Shown here one piece after another: positions 1-10,083 of a stretch of DNA of 64,000 nucleotides. The stretch comes from Ignavibacteria bacterium (GTDB lineage Bacteria > Bacteroidota > Ignavibacteria > Tepidaquicellales > Tepidaquicellaceae). How positions within the stretch are numbered: position 1 is the stretch's first letter; every line of letters begins with the position of its first letter. Position numbers and translations under genes: made by a program. Location of the stretch: assembly GCA_038230595.1 (NCBI GenBank), contig JBBRMY010000002.1, forward strand, positions 872 to 64,871, written 5' to 3'. The notes under the pieces were generated by a model. That model saw nothing but the letters and a program-made list of their open reading frames with translations, made no database searches and was not told the DNA's origin.

Positions 1-144
1 CTGCCATAAGTTATAAATATAGCCAATTTGTGCTGTAAGGAAAATGCTGATGCAATATCAAAATCAGATATTTTTTTTTAGCTTAATTAACTTAAAATTT
101 CTTATTTTAATTTCTAATTTATAATATAAATTTAATTTATTTTT

Positions 145-795
145 ATGAAACCGAGGATAAAGATCTGCTGTATTGCTTCAAAAGAAGAGGCAAAGCTGGC
201 GATAGATCATGGAGCAAACGCTATAGGACTTGTAGGAAGAATGCCAAGCGGACCCGGACCGATATCAGATAATCTTATTAGAGAGATCACTCAAACAATT
301 CCACCTCCTATCGCTTCATTTCTTTTAACATGTGAAACATTTGCCGATAAGATAATAGAGCATCATTTAAGAACAAATACAAATACTATTCAGATAGTTG
401 ATGAAGTTGCCGAAGGCACTTATAAGATCTTAAAAGAAAAAATACCTGCAGTTAAAATAGTGCAGGTAATTCATGTGATCAATGAAAACTCGGTTGATGA
501 AGCAGTCAGGATCTCAGAAGAAGTTGATGCATTACTTTTAGATAGCGGTAATCCTTCATTAAAAGTTAAAGAGCTGGGAGGAACCGGCAGAGTCCATGAT
601 TGGAATCTAAGCAAGAAGATAGTCGAGCAATCAAAAGTACCGGTTTTTCTGGCAGGCGGGTTAAATCCCCATAATGCCCGGGAAGCTTTTGAAAAAGTGC
701 AGCCATTCGGCTTAGACCTTTGCAGCGGGATAAGAGTGAATGGAAAGCTTGATCAGAAAAAGCTTGAAGCATTTTTCAGAGCAGTATTTCAATAA
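145..795 (+). CDS. trpF: phosphoribosylanthranilate isomerase (TrpF-like)
   Basis: N-terminal IKICCI...AIDHGANAIGLV and C-terminal GGTGRVHDW...LAGGLNPHNA...GLDLCSGIR match the TrpF TIM-barrel pattern. Not located in a trp operon. Confidence 0.8.
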   Translation: MKPRIKICCIASKEEAKLAIDHGANAIGLVGRMPSGPGPISDNLIREITQTIPPPIASFLLTCETFADKIIEHHLRTNTNTIQIVDEVAEGTYKILKEKIPAVKIVQVIHVINENSVDEAVRISEEVDALLLDSGNPSLKVKELGGTGRVHDWNLSKKIVEQSKVPVFLAGGLNPHNAREAFEKVQPFGLDLCSGIRVNGKLDQKKLEAFFRAVFQ

Positions 796-866
796 TACTT
801 AAGGTTAAATTTAAATTATTTAAACAAAACGCTATAAATAATATTTCAAAAAGAAAATAAAACATT

Positions 867-1334
867 ATGCAAAAGATCACAACATTCCTTTGGTTCGATA
901 CACAGGCAGAAGAGGCAGTTAATTTTTATACTTCTATATTCAAGGATTCAAAGATCGGAAAAATTGCAAAAAAGCCTGACTCTGTTCCCGGTCCAAAAGA
1001 TTCAATTATGACAATATCATTTGTGCTTAATGGTCAGGAATTTATTGCAATGAATGGCGGACCCTCCGTTACTTTTAATAATGCAATTTCATTGATGGTG
1101 AAATGCAAAGACCAGGAAGAAATAGATAATTACTGGGCTAAGCTGACAGACGGCGGACAAGAAGTACAATGCGGCTGGCTAAAAGACAAATATGGCTTAT
1201 CATGGCAGATATGTCCATCAAATATAGATGAGCTGATCTCTGATCCTGATACATCAGACAGAGTAATGCAGGCAGTAATGAAAATGGTGAAGCTTGATAT
1301 TTCTAAACTTAAAGCAGCAGCAGAAGGAAAATAA
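867..1334 (+). CDS. VOC/PhnB-like (3-demethylubiquinone-9 3-methyltransferase domain) protein
   Basis: ITTFLWFDTQAEEAVNFYTSIF...GWLKDKYGLSWQI is typical of the PhnB-like glyoxalase-fold family. Confidence 0.65.
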   Translation: MQKITTFLWFDTQAEEAVNFYTSIFKDSKIGKIAKKPDSVPGPKDSIMTISFVLNGQEFIAMNGGPSVTFNNAISLMVKCKDQEEIDNYWAKLTDGGQEVQCGWLKDKYGLSWQICPSNIDELISDPDTSDRVMQAVMKMVKLDISKLKAAAEGK

Positions 1335-1336
1335 TA

Positions 1337-2032
1337 ATGGAAAAATTACACGAGAAAACTTTCCCAAACGAAAGCAGTGAATACAGAGATGCACGCAATA
1401 AACTTCTGCAGTCAGAGATCGATCTAAGAAACCAGATAGAAAAAGTTGCCATAGAAAGAAGAAGTCTTCCTTTGGGTGGCAAAGTAAATGAGGATTATAT
1501 TTTTGAAGAAATGGATGACTGGGGAAATATTATAGAAACAAAATTATCTGAATTGTTTAAGTCGGGTAAAGATAATTTAATAGTTTACAGCGCTATGTAC
1601 GGACCAAATGCAAAAAGCCCATGCCCGGGATGCACTGCTTACATTGATGGGATAAATGGAATGGTTGTTCATGCTGAACAAAATTTAAATTATGCAGTAA
1701 TTGCAAAAGCTCCGATCCAAAAAATTGAAAAGTGGGCAGAGACCAGGAACTGGAAAAATGTCAGATTTCTTTCCTCTTTCAAAAATTCTTTTAATACTGA
1801 CTACCATGCTGAAGATGAAAAAGGGTCACAATGGCCGGCACAAAATGTATTTATAAAAAAACCGGAAGGGATTTATCATTTTCATAATGCGGAAATGCTT
1901 TATTCAAAACCTTTCGAAGGTCAGGATGCCAGGCATATTGAACTTGTAGAAGTTCTGTGGAATCTCTTCGATTATACTCCTGATGGACGCCCTAAAAAAT
2001 GGGATCCGAAATTAAATTATGACCAAAAATAA
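1337..2032 (+). CDS. DUF899 thioredoxin-like family protein
   Basis: N-terminal SSEYRDARNKLLQSEIDLRNQIEKVAIERRSLPLGG and a central CPGC motif are characteristic of DUF899. Confidence 0.7.
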   Translation: MEKLHEKTFPNESSEYRDARNKLLQSEIDLRNQIEKVAIERRSLPLGGKVNEDYIFEEMDDWGNIIETKLSELFKSGKDNLIVYSAMYGPNAKSPCPGCTAYIDGINGMVVHAEQNLNYAVIAKAPIQKIEKWAETRNWKNVRFLSSFKNSFNTDYHAEDEKGSQWPAQNVFIKKPEGIYHFHNAEMLYSKPFEGQDARHIELVEVLWNLFDYTPDGRPKKWDPKLNYDQK

Positions 2033-2037
2033 AAAAT

Positions 2038-2577
2038 ATGAAATTGAGAAAAGTAATTTTACAAATGTATATATCCCTTGATGGATATGTTGCAGGACCT
2101 AAAGGAGAGATGGATTGGATATTCAGCAATGAGGAAGCAAATGATTATGCACCAATGCTTCTTGAATCTTCAGATCTTATACTTATCGGCCGGGGTATGT
2201 CCAAGGAATTTATGGATTATTGGCCGAATGATAAATCTGAATTCGGAGCAAAAATTAATGCAACTCCGAAATTAATATTTTCTAAAACTGTTAAAGAATC
2301 TCAATGGCATGATGCAAGAATGATAAGCGATCCTGAAACTGAAATAAAAAAACAAAAAGCTCTTCCGGGTAAAAATATGATACTGTATGGAGGTGCACGA
2401 CTTGCCGGATCATTCTCAAAGCTTGATCTTATAGATGAATATCATATTATGATCGCTCCGGTTATTTTAGGAGAAGGATTGCATTTATTTAAAGATGTAA
2501 CTCGCGTAGATCTTGAACTTATAAAAACCAGGAAGGCAGGAGGTGTCGTTATAAATCATTACGAACCTAAAAAATAA
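2038..2577 (+). CDS. dihydrofolate reductase family protein (RibD C-terminal domain)
   Basis: ISLDGYVAGPKGEMDW...ILYGGARLA...DEYHIMIAPVILGEG pattern. Confidence 0.7.
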   Translation: MKLRKVILQMYISLDGYVAGPKGEMDWIFSNEEANDYAPMLLESSDLILIGRGMSKEFMDYWPNDKSEFGAKINATPKLIFSKTVKESQWHDARMISDPETEIKKQKALPGKNMILYGGARLAGSFSKLDLIDEYHIMIAPVILGEGLHLFKDVTRVDLELIKTRKAGGVVINHYEPKK

Positions 2578-2638
2578 CTTTTGAGAGAACAATTCGGGTT
2601 GAAATAACACTATAAAGATTTTGCAAAGCAGTATTAAA

Positions 2639-3178
2639 CTAAGTAAAACTGCTTGAGATGTTTGAGTTAATTTTTACTGTCAAATTACCGACAGTATTGT
2701 GATTAGCAAAATCAATTCTGCTAATTTTGTTCTCAAAACTATCTTCCTTTATCGCCTTATTTATCAGATCAATACAGTCATCATTTCCATCTGCCAGATA
2801 AATATGATCTTTAAAGGTATTAAGTAACTCGTTTTTAAAAGCAACTAAAGGCTTTCCTAAAGACAGATACTCTTTTACTTTTTGAAAATAAAATTCCTTA
2901 CTTACTTCCGGTTTGTTCAATGGCTCTAAGCAAATATCGAATGAATTAATAATTTCGGATATTTCTGACAGATCAGCTGTTTCTATAAAATAAATATTTT
3001 TTAGATCTTGAAGTTCACTATTCAAAATGGAAATATCTTTAGGTCCGACAAGAACAAAATTCCAATCTAATCTTTTTTTTGCTATATAAATGAGTGCCTC
3101 AATATCAATAAAGCGGGTAGATACTATACCTGCATAACCGATAATAGGTTTTTCAATATTTCTGACTTCTGAGCACAT
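2639..3178 (-). pseudogene. 5'-truncated GT4/GT1-type glycosyltransferase remnant (C-terminal Rossmann half only)
   Basis: The 179 aa ORF begins inside the C-terminal GT-B domain (IGYAGIVSTRFIDIEAL...WNFVLVGP...LSLGKPLVA). No N-terminal half is present, and the upstream 290 bp is occupied by repeat mosaic. Confidence 0.5.
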
Positions 3179-3250
3179 ATAACTTTAGTTTTTGATCGAA
3201 TTTAATATCGACAATATCTTATAGCAGAAATTATGCCAAAAAGTTGGATT

Positions 3251-3293
3251 AAAATTGGTGAAATGGTTGGATTGGAAGCAGGGAAAGGGGTTT
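3251..3293 (+). repeat. G-module of the intergenic mosaic (aaaattggtgaaatggttggattggaagcagggaaaggggttt)
   Basis: Homologous by eye to 18193-18237. Confidence 0.6.
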
Positions 3294-3392
3294 TATAAGA
3301 AAAGAGTGGATCAGCGAAGGTTTTCATTGATGATAAAAGTATTCGGGGACGAACATGGGAAAATGGTTTTGCCGCTTTGCGGAATTCAAGGA

Positions 3393-3415
3393 TTCCTGCT
3401 TTCGCAGGAATGACA
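3393..3415 (+). repeat. B-type hairpin plus GACA tail (TTCCTGC-tttc-GCAGGAA-TGACA)
   Basis: Perfect 7 bp stem, tetraloop, TGACA tail. Part of a 53 bp composite (3363-3415) homologous to 18591-18644. Confidence 0.8.
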
Positions 3416-3470
3416 AATCTTAAAGAGAATTATCACTGTAAATAATCGAAGTAAACATTGAAGTGAATAA

Positions 3471-4415
3471 TTATTTAGTCAAAATAGATTTAAAATAGTC
3501 ATATGTTATCTTCAAGCCTTCTTCACGGTTAACTTTTGGTTCCCATCCTAGAAGGGTTCTGGCTTTTGTAATATCAGGCTGTCTCTGCATAGGATCATCA
3601 ACAGGTAGATCCATATATACAATTTTCTGCTTAGAATCTGTAAGTGCAATTATCTCTTCAGCAAAATCCTTTATAGAGATTTCCATTGGATTCCCTATAT
3701 TTACCGGAAGGTTATAGTCACTCATAAGAAGCTTAAATATCCCGTCGATAAGATCTGAAACAAAACAAAAAGATCGTGTTTGAGAGCCATTACCAAAAAC
3801 TGTTATATCTTCACCTCTTAAAACCTGCCCCATAAAAGCAGGGATCGCTCTGCCGTCATTTAGTCTCATTCTAGGACCATAGGTATTAAATATCCGAACG
3901 ATCCTTGTATCAACATTGTGATAATTGTGATAAGCCATTGTTACAGCTTCCATAAATCTTTTAGCTTCATCATATACACCTCTTGGTCCGATCGGGTTTA
4001 CATTGCCCCAGTAATCCTCAGTCTGCGGGTGTACAGTAGGATCTCCGTAAATTTCAGAAGTAGATGCTACAAGTATCCTTGCTTTTTTTTCTTTTGCCAG
4101 ACCTAATGCATTATGAGTTCCAAGACTTCCGACTTTTAATGTCTGAATAGGAATTTTAAGATAGTCAATGGGACTTGCAGGAGATGCAAAATGCAATATA
4201 TAATCCAGATTTCCGGGAATATGAATAAATTTTGTTACGTCATGAAAATAAAACTCAAATTCTTTTAACGGAAACAGATGTGAAATATTATTAAGCGAAC
4301 CTGTACTGAGGTTATCCATTGCAACAACATTGAAACCTTCTTTTATGAACCTATCGCATAAGTGAGAGCCAAGAAATCCTGCACCCCCTGTTATTAATAT
4401 CTTTTTCTGAGCCAT
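3471..4415 (-). CDS. UDP-glucuronate decarboxylase (UDP-xylose synthase-type SDR)
   Basis: [33 protein letters not shown] catalytic motif and the overall UXS pattern. Sits directly downstream of ugd. Confidence 0.85.
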   Translation of the reverse strand: MAQKKILITGGAGFLGSHLCDRFIKEGFNVVAMDNLSTGSLNNISHLFPLKEFEFYFHDVTKFIHIPGNLDYILHFASPASPIDYLKIPIQTLKVGSLGTHNALGLAKEKKARILVASTSEIYGDPTVHPQTEDYWGNVNPIGPRGVYDEAKRFMEAVTMAYHNYHNVDTRIVRIFNTYGPRMRLNDGRAIPAFMGQVLRGEDITVFGNGSQTRSFCFVSDLIDGIFKLLMSDYNLPVNIGNPMEISIKDFAEEIIALTDSKQKIVYMDLPVDDPMQRQPDITKARTLLGWEPKVNREEGLKITYDYFKSILTK

Positions 4416-4418
4416 AAA

Positions 4419-5744
4419 TTATTTAATAATATTTTTTCTTCCGATGCTGTAGTAATCAAATCCATGCTCTTTCATTGATTCCAGAGAGAATATATTCCTA
4501 CCATCAAAAATAACTTTTTCTTTCAACGAAGAGTTGACAATGTCCAGGTCCGGATTCCTGAATTCATTCCATTCAGTAAAAATAAGCAGTGCATCAGCAC
4601 CATTCAAAGCATCATACTCGTCATTTGCATATTTAATTTTATCTTTGAGATAAAATTTTGCCGCTTCAATTGCAGCAGGATCATAAGCTGAAACTGTTGC
4701 CCCTTCATCCAGAAGCTTGTTAATAATAATTACAGAAGGCGCTTCACGCATATCATCCGTATTAGGTTTAAAAGATAATCCCCAAACAGCGAAATGCATT
4801 CCTTTCAGATCCTTATATCTTTCTTTAATTTTATTAAAAAGAACGAGCTTTTGAGCATGATTGACCTTATTAACTTCAGTCAAAATTGTCATCTCAGATC
4901 CTTTTTCAGTAGATGTCTTTATTAGAGCATTTACATCCTTAGGGAAGCAGGAACCTCCATATCCGATACCTGCAAATAGAAATCTTCTGCCTATTCTGTC
5001 ATCAGTTCCAATTCCTTTTCTGACCAGATCAATATCGGCTCCGGCTTTTTCACAAAAATTAGCAAGCTGATTCATATAGGTAATTCTCATAGCAAGGTAA
5101 GAATTCCCTGCATACTTTGTAACTTCAGAACTGGCAGTATCCATTTCTATTATCGGATTCCCCTGCCTTACGAATGGTTCATAGATCTGTCTCATTGTAT
5201 CAAAAGCTTTTTGACTGTCAGAACCGATCACTATTCTGTCGGGCTTCATAAAATCTTCAACTGCAAATCCTTCGCGTAAAAATTCAGGGTTGGAAACGAT
5301 ATCAAAATTTTTAACACCATGCTTTGAAATGCTTTCATGAACTTTTTGAGCAGTACCAACAGGCACAGTACTTTTATTCACGAATATTTTATAATCATTA
5401 TCTTTATTTTCCTTTAATATTTTTCCGATATCATCAGCAACTCCCATAACATATTTCAAATCGGCTGAGCCGTCCTCTCCTTGCGGAGTAGGGAGACAAA
5501 GAAAGATCACATCAGAATCATTGACGGCTTTTTTTAGATCTTTAGTAAAAGAGATCCTGCTCTTTTCTATATTTCTGTGGAAGATCAATTCGAGACCGGG
5601 CTCATAGATCGTGACTTCAGAATTCTGAAGCTTTTTTAATTTTTCATCACTATTATCTACACAAATAACCTGATTACCCATCTCTGCAAAGCAGGTACCT
5701 GAGACCAGTCCAACATATCCTGTTCCTATTATTGCTAAATTCAT
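4419..5744 (-). CDS. ugd: UDP-glucose 6-dehydrogenase
   Basis: IGTGYVGLVSG N-terminus and the GGSCFPKD catalytic Cys motif. Confidence 0.9.
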   Translation of the reverse strand: MNLAIIGTGYVGLVSGTCFAEMGNQVICVDNSDEKLKKLQNSEVTIYEPGLELIFHRNIEKSRISFTKDLKKAVNDSDVIFLCLPTPQGEDGSADLKYVMGVADDIGKILKENKDNDYKIFVNKSTVPVGTAQKVHESISKHGVKNFDIVSNPEFLREGFAVEDFMKPDRIVIGSDSQKAFDTMRQIYEPFVRQGNPIIEMDTASSEVTKYAGNSYLAMRITYMNQLANFCEKAGADIDLVRKGIGTDDRIGRRFLFAGIGYGGSCFPKDVNALIKTSTEKGSEMTILTEVNKVNHAQKLVLFNKIKERYKDLKGMHFAVWGLSFKPNTDDMREAPSVIIINKLLDEGATVSAYDPAAIEAAKFYLKDKIKYANDEYDALNGADALLIFTEWNEFRNPDLDIVNSSLKEKVIFDGRNIFSLESMKEHGFDYYSIGRKNIIK

Positions 5745-5772
5745 TAAACTTTAATCTCCTGTAATTTTTATT

Positions 5773-6321
5773 TTAATATATAAAATCTGAACTGATTTCA
5801 CTGAATTTTAATGCCTGAAGATCTTTTTCAGATATCACAGGCTTCTCTACCATCCAGTTTATATTCAGATCTTTGTCATTGAACAATACTGCTCTTTCAC
5901 TATCCTTGTTATAAGGGTTAGTGCATTTATAATGAAAGATGGCTTCCGAAGAAAGAACAGAAAAGCCATGAGCAAAACCTTTTGGTATCCATATCAGCTT
6001 ATGATTTTCTTCTGATAGTTCAACGGAGACATGCTTACCATAAGTCGGAGAATTTTTTCTTATATCAACTGCAACATCAAGTACTCTACCGGATAAAACT
6101 TCGCAAAGTTTTCCCTGCGCAAAAACACCGATCTGATAATGCAAACCTCTGATCACTCCTTCAGATGACTTTGAAATATTATCCTGAACAAATTTTTGAT
6201 CTCCAATCGCTTCTTTAAATTTTTCTTCAGAAAAAGATTCGAAAAAATATCCTCTGCTGTCAGCGAAAACATCCGGAATAATTATCTTAACATCCGGTAT
6301 TTCAGTGCTAATGATCTCCAC
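5773..6321 (-). CDS. rfbC: dTDP-4-dehydrorhamnose 3,5-epimerase
   Basis: FADSRGYFFESF...RGLHYQ...GFAHGF cupin motifs. Confidence 0.9.
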   Translation of the reverse strand: MEIISTEIPDVKIIIPDVFADSRGYFFESFSEEKFKEAIGDQKFVQDNISKSSEGVIRGLHYQIGVFAQGKLCEVLSGRVLDVAVDIRKNSPTYGKHVSVELSEENHKLIWIPKGFAHGFSVLSSEAIFHYKCTNPYNKDSERAVLFNDKDLNINWMVEKPVISEKDLQALKFSEISSDFIY

Positions 6322-7184
6322 TAACTTTCTTTTAAAATTCTGTCAAGGTACTCTCTGTAAAGGGAATTCGGAATAGAATCAACCAGCTTTGCAAATCCTG
6401 CATAATCAATGAATTTCATTTTAAATGCAATTTCTTCAAGGCATGCAACTTTCAATCCCTGTCGGTCTTCAATAACTCCAAAGAAATTTGAAGCTTGTAG
6501 TAATGCTTCAGGTGTTCCTGTATCAAGCCATGCGACACCTCTTCCGATCTTTTCTACTTTTAATCTTTTTTTATGAAGATAATGTACATTTACATCGGTA
6601 ATTTCGAGTTCACCTCTAAGTGATGGTTTAAGATTTTTTGAAATATTCACAACTTCATTATCATAGACATATAATCCCGGAACAGCAAAATGAGACTTAG
6701 GCTTTGCAGGTTTTTCCTCGATAGATATTGCATTACCTTCTTTATCAAATTCAACTATACCATATCTTTCAGGATCATTTACCCGATAACCGAAAATTGT
6801 AGCTCCTTCATTATTTGCAATCGCACGGTAAAGAAAATCAAGTCTTCCGTAAAAAATATTGTCACCTAAAATTAATGATACACTATCTTTTCCAATGAAA
6901 TCTTCTCCGATCAAAAACGACTGAGCGATACCATTTGGCTTATCCTGCATTCCATAAGTTATAGAAATACCAAACTGACTTCCGTCACCGAATAGCTTAT
7001 GATACCAGGGCAGAGTTTCTTCATTAGAAATAATGAAGATATCTTTTATACCTGCCAGCATAAGAATGGAGATAGGATAATAGATAAGAGGTTTATCGTA
7101 TATCAGGCAAAGCTGCTTGCTATATATTTGAGTGATCGGATAAAGCCTGGAACCGGCTCCCCCTGCAAGGACTATACCTTTCAT
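6321..7184 (-). CDS. rfbA: glucose-1-phosphate thymidylyltransferase
   Basis: MKGIVLAGGAGSRLYPIT...LGDNIFYG...VEFD...EEKP pattern. Overlaps the rfbC start by 1 nt. Confidence 0.9.
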   Translation of the reverse strand: MKGIVLAGGAGSRLYPITQIYSKQLCLIYDKPLIYYPISILMLAGIKDIFIISNEETLPWYHKLFGDGSQFGISITYGMQDKPNGIAQSFLIGEDFIGKDSVSLILGDNIFYGRLDFLYRAIANNEGATIFGYRVNDPERYGIVEFDKEGNAISIEEKPAKPKSHFAVPGLYVYDNEVVNISKNLKPSLRGELEITDVNVHYLHKKRLKVEKIGRGVAWLDTGTPEALLQASNFFGVIEDRQGLKVACLEEIAFKMKFIDYAGFAKLVDSIPNSLYREYLDRILKES

Positions 7185-7322
7185 TAAGTTGATTTAAGGA
7201 TTTTCAATTATCAGATAACCAAAGGAAGGATATATCTAATTCTTATTTATATATAAAATTACCATATATTTTTGAAATTTAATATATAAAACGAAAAGGA
7301 ATTATGCCTTCTATTGGATTTT

Positions 7323-8972
7323 CTACTGGTTTTTTCTGGTAAAGTACAGGGTCAGGAAGACTATAAAAAATAAAAGTACTCCGAAAGCTGATGAGCCGCC
7401 GGTATTATATAACCGAAGCATAGAGTATATTTCAACTGAGATGGTCTTAGTTGAGAAAGTATACAGCAAAATAGTGGATACAAATTCTCCGAAAGAGTTT
7501 ATGAAGACGATCAGAGAGCCGTAAATGATAGCCGGCAAAACAAGAGGAAGAACGACTTTAAAAAGTGTTTTGGTTTCAGAAGCGCCTAAAGTTAGTGATG
7601 CTTCTTCCAATGAAGGATCGATATTCTGAAAGCCGGAAGAAACGAATTGTAGCATAACCGGCATGTTCCTGATTGAGTAAGCAATTGGCAAGATTATAAA
7701 TGTTCCCGTCAGCGCTTCACCAAATGTTAATGATGTTCCTCTGCTAAACCCAATAATAAGACCAATAGCAATTACAGTACCTGGAATTCCATATGGCAAT
7801 GATAATAATGATTCGAGTAAACCGCTTAGCCTATTCTTTCTTTTTGAAATAAAATACGCTGCTGTTATTCCCAGAAAAAGTACAATTCCTACTGTTGTAA
7901 GTGTAGAATTAAAACTGTTAAGAATTGAATTATATGAAGATATGTCTGTAAATATTTTTTGATAATTTATAAAAGTCAGGTTGTCTGCAAATATATTTCT
8001 GACGAGTGACCCTTCCGGGATCAAAGAAAGATATATTAGTGTAAGAACCGGAGAAACTATAAAAAGTATCATGAGGGAAAGGAATATTTTCAGAAATATA
8101 CCTGTTCTCATAAATGAAGAAATATTTTTTATCGTGCCTTTCATTCTCAGCGAATATTCATTTGATATTCTCAGCTTTCTAAGAGCAAATAAGAATATCA
8201 AAGAAATTAATGTCAGCAAGACTGCAAGAGCTGATGAAAGGGCTGCGTCTCCGTTGATCTTTGTAAAATAGATCTCAGTTGTAAGAAATCTTAAAGCACC
8301 TCCATAAATAAATGGCGCTGAGAAGGAAGCCATACTTGCCATGAATACTACAATTGATGCTCCTGCAAGCTCGGGTATCATTATTGGAAGTATTATCTTG
8401 AAAATAGTTTTCATTCTTGATTCACCTAGAGATAGTGATGCATCTACAAGGCTGTGATCGAATTTGGAAAGTCCGGCTTTTGTAAACAATAAAAACATGG
8501 GGTAGAAAGAATAAATATGTACAATTATTATAGCTGTCCAGCCTTCAAACCCGGTTTTAATGCTACCGGTTTTAAAAAATAATCCAAGCAGCCTTCCTAT
8601 CAATCCGTTATCACCTGTTAAATATAAAAATGAAACTACACCTACGATCGGAGGTAATGCAAGCGGGATCAAGAACATAGTTTCCAGTAATTTCTTATTT
8701 TTTATCTTATAAAAATAAAATATTAAAGAAAGTGAAGTTCCTACAATGAGCCCCCCGGCGACTGTTATAACAGATAACAGGATTGAATTAAAAGATGCTT
8801 TCAGAACATTAGGGCTGAAGATATCTGAGAATATTTTAAATGAAAAAGATGATGTTTCGGATGTGAAACTATTTAGTAATAATGAAAAGAGCGGATAAAG
8901 TATGAATGTAATAATAAAATACAGAACAGGTATAAGAAGAAATACTTCAGCAGGATTTAATTTTCTTCTCAT
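7323..8972 (-). CDS. ABC transporter permease, two fused TM domains (Fe(III)/thiamine-type)
   Basis: 549 aa, highly hydrophobic, with a duplicated MalFG-type permease layout. Overlaps the upstream ATPase gene by 4 nt. Confidence 0.8.
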   Translation of the reverse strand: MRRKLNPAEVFLLIPVLYFIITFILYPLFSLLLNSFTSETSSFSFKIFSDIFSPNVLKASFNSILLSVITVAGGLIVGTSLSLIFYFYKIKNKKLLETMFLIPLALPPIVGVVSFLYLTGDNGLIGRLLGLFFKTGSIKTGFEGWTAIIIVHIYSFYPMFLLFTKAGLSKFDHSLVDASLSLGESRMKTIFKIILPIMIPELAGASIVVFMASMASFSAPFIYGGALRFLTTEIYFTKINGDAALSSALAVLLTLISLIFLFALRKLRISNEYSLRMKGTIKNISSFMRTGIFLKIFLSLMILFIVSPVLTLIYLSLIPEGSLVRNIFADNLTFINYQKIFTDISSYNSILNSFNSTLTTVGIVLFLGITAAYFISKRKNRLSGLLESLLSLPYGIPGTVIAIGLIIGFSRGTSLTFGEALTGTFIILPIAYSIRNMPVMLQFVSSGFQNIDPSLEEASLTLGASETKTLFKVVLPLVLPAIIYGSLIVFINSFGEFVSTILLYTFSTKTISVEIYSMLRLYNTGGSSAFGVLLFFIVFLTLYFTRKNQ

Positions 8973-9958
8973 ATGATCTTAAATCTTTTATCCCTGATGG
9001 ATATACCGGCTTTGTCTGCCGGTTTTAAGTTTTGAATATTTTCAGAAAGATTTGTTACTCGAATAAGCTCTTTATTTGAACTTAAAATTATTTCAGATGT
9101 GAAGCCTGTAAAATTTACTGATACGATCTTTGCAGATCCCGATGGGTCAGCAGTTATAATAAGATCTTCAGGAAGTACAATTAATTTCTTTCCATCTTCA
9201 ATACTCATATTGAAAAGAGCAATGCTTTCCTGAGAACTGAAAATATTAAAATGCCCTATGAAATCTGCAGTAAATAAATTATCCGGTGAGTAATAAACAT
9301 CTGCCGGGGAACCGGATTGCATGATCTTTCCCTTGCTCATTACAGCAATAGTATCCGATATTGAAAGAGCTTCAGACTGATCATGCGTTACATATACCGA
9401 AGTGATATTAAGTTCAGATTGCAGTCTTTTGATCTCATTCCTTGTTTCTATTCTTATGAAATGATCAAGATTAGAAAGGGGTTCATCGAATAAAATAAGA
9501 TCGGGTTCGTTAACGAGAACTCTTGCGAGAGATATTCTTTGTTGCTCTCCTCCGCTCAGAGAGCTGACTTTACTTTTTATTTTCGAGGAGAGTGAGATCT
9601 TTTCAAGGATATCATTAATTCTTTTAGATATAATTTTTTCATCAGTTTTTTTAACCCTTAAACCATAAGCAATGTTATCGTAAACATCCATATTCGGGAA
9701 CAGAGCATAATTCTGAAAAACTATTCCAAGTTTTCGTTTTTGAGGAGCAAGATCAGTTATATCATTTCCATTCAAAACAATATTCCCTTTTTCTGATGCT
9801 TCAAGTCCGGAAATAATTCTTAATAAAGTAGTTTTACCGCAGCCGCTTGGACCGACTAAAGAGAGGAATTTTCCTTTTTCAATTTTTAGATTTATATCGT
9901 CGAGAATTAGATTATTGTCGAACGATTTTGAGATGTGATTTATTTCGAGAAAGGACAT
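8969..9958 (-). CDS. ABC transporter ATP-binding protein (FbpC/PotA-like)
   Basis: Walker A GPSGCGKTT, signature LSGGEQQR, Walker B LILFDEP. Confidence 0.85.
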   Translation of the reverse strand: MSFLEINHISKSFDNNLILDDINLKIEKGKFLSLVGPSGCGKTTLLRIISGLEASEKGNIVLNGNDITDLAPQKRKLGIVFQNYALFPNMDVYDNIAYGLRVKKTDEKIISKRINDILEKISLSSKIKSKVSSLSGGEQQRISLARVLVNEPDLILFDEPLSNLDHFIRIETRNEIKRLQSELNITSVYVTHDQSEALSISDTIAVMSKGKIMQSGSPADVYYSPDNLFTADFIGHFNIFSSQESIALFNMSIEDGKKLIVLPEDLIITADPSGSAKIVSVNFTGFTSEIILSSNKELIRVTNLSENIQNLKPADKAGISIRDKRFKII

Positions 9959-10028
9959 GATATATGGGTAATTATAGACGCAATATTTTGCGCCTATATA
10001 ATTTGATTGATATCATAAAATAATTGGA

Positions 10029-10056
10029 TCCCCGATAAATGCATTCGGGGATGACA
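10029..10056 (+). repeat. C-type hairpin plus GACA tail (TCCCCGA-taaatgcat-TCGGGGA-TGACA)
   Basis: Perfect 7 bp stem. Located in the spacer between the SBP and ATPase genes of the ABC operon. Confidence 0.8.
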
Positions 10057-10083
10057 ATTAATATGAGATCATATTAATTGTCA
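10052..10083 (-). promoter_or_regulatory. 13 bp perfect inverted repeat overlapping the SBP stop codon (TGACAATTAATAT-gagatc-ATATTAATTGTCA)
   Basis: Together with the adjacent C-type hairpin it forms a double stem-loop between the SBP gene and the ATPase gene. Confidence 0.5.
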
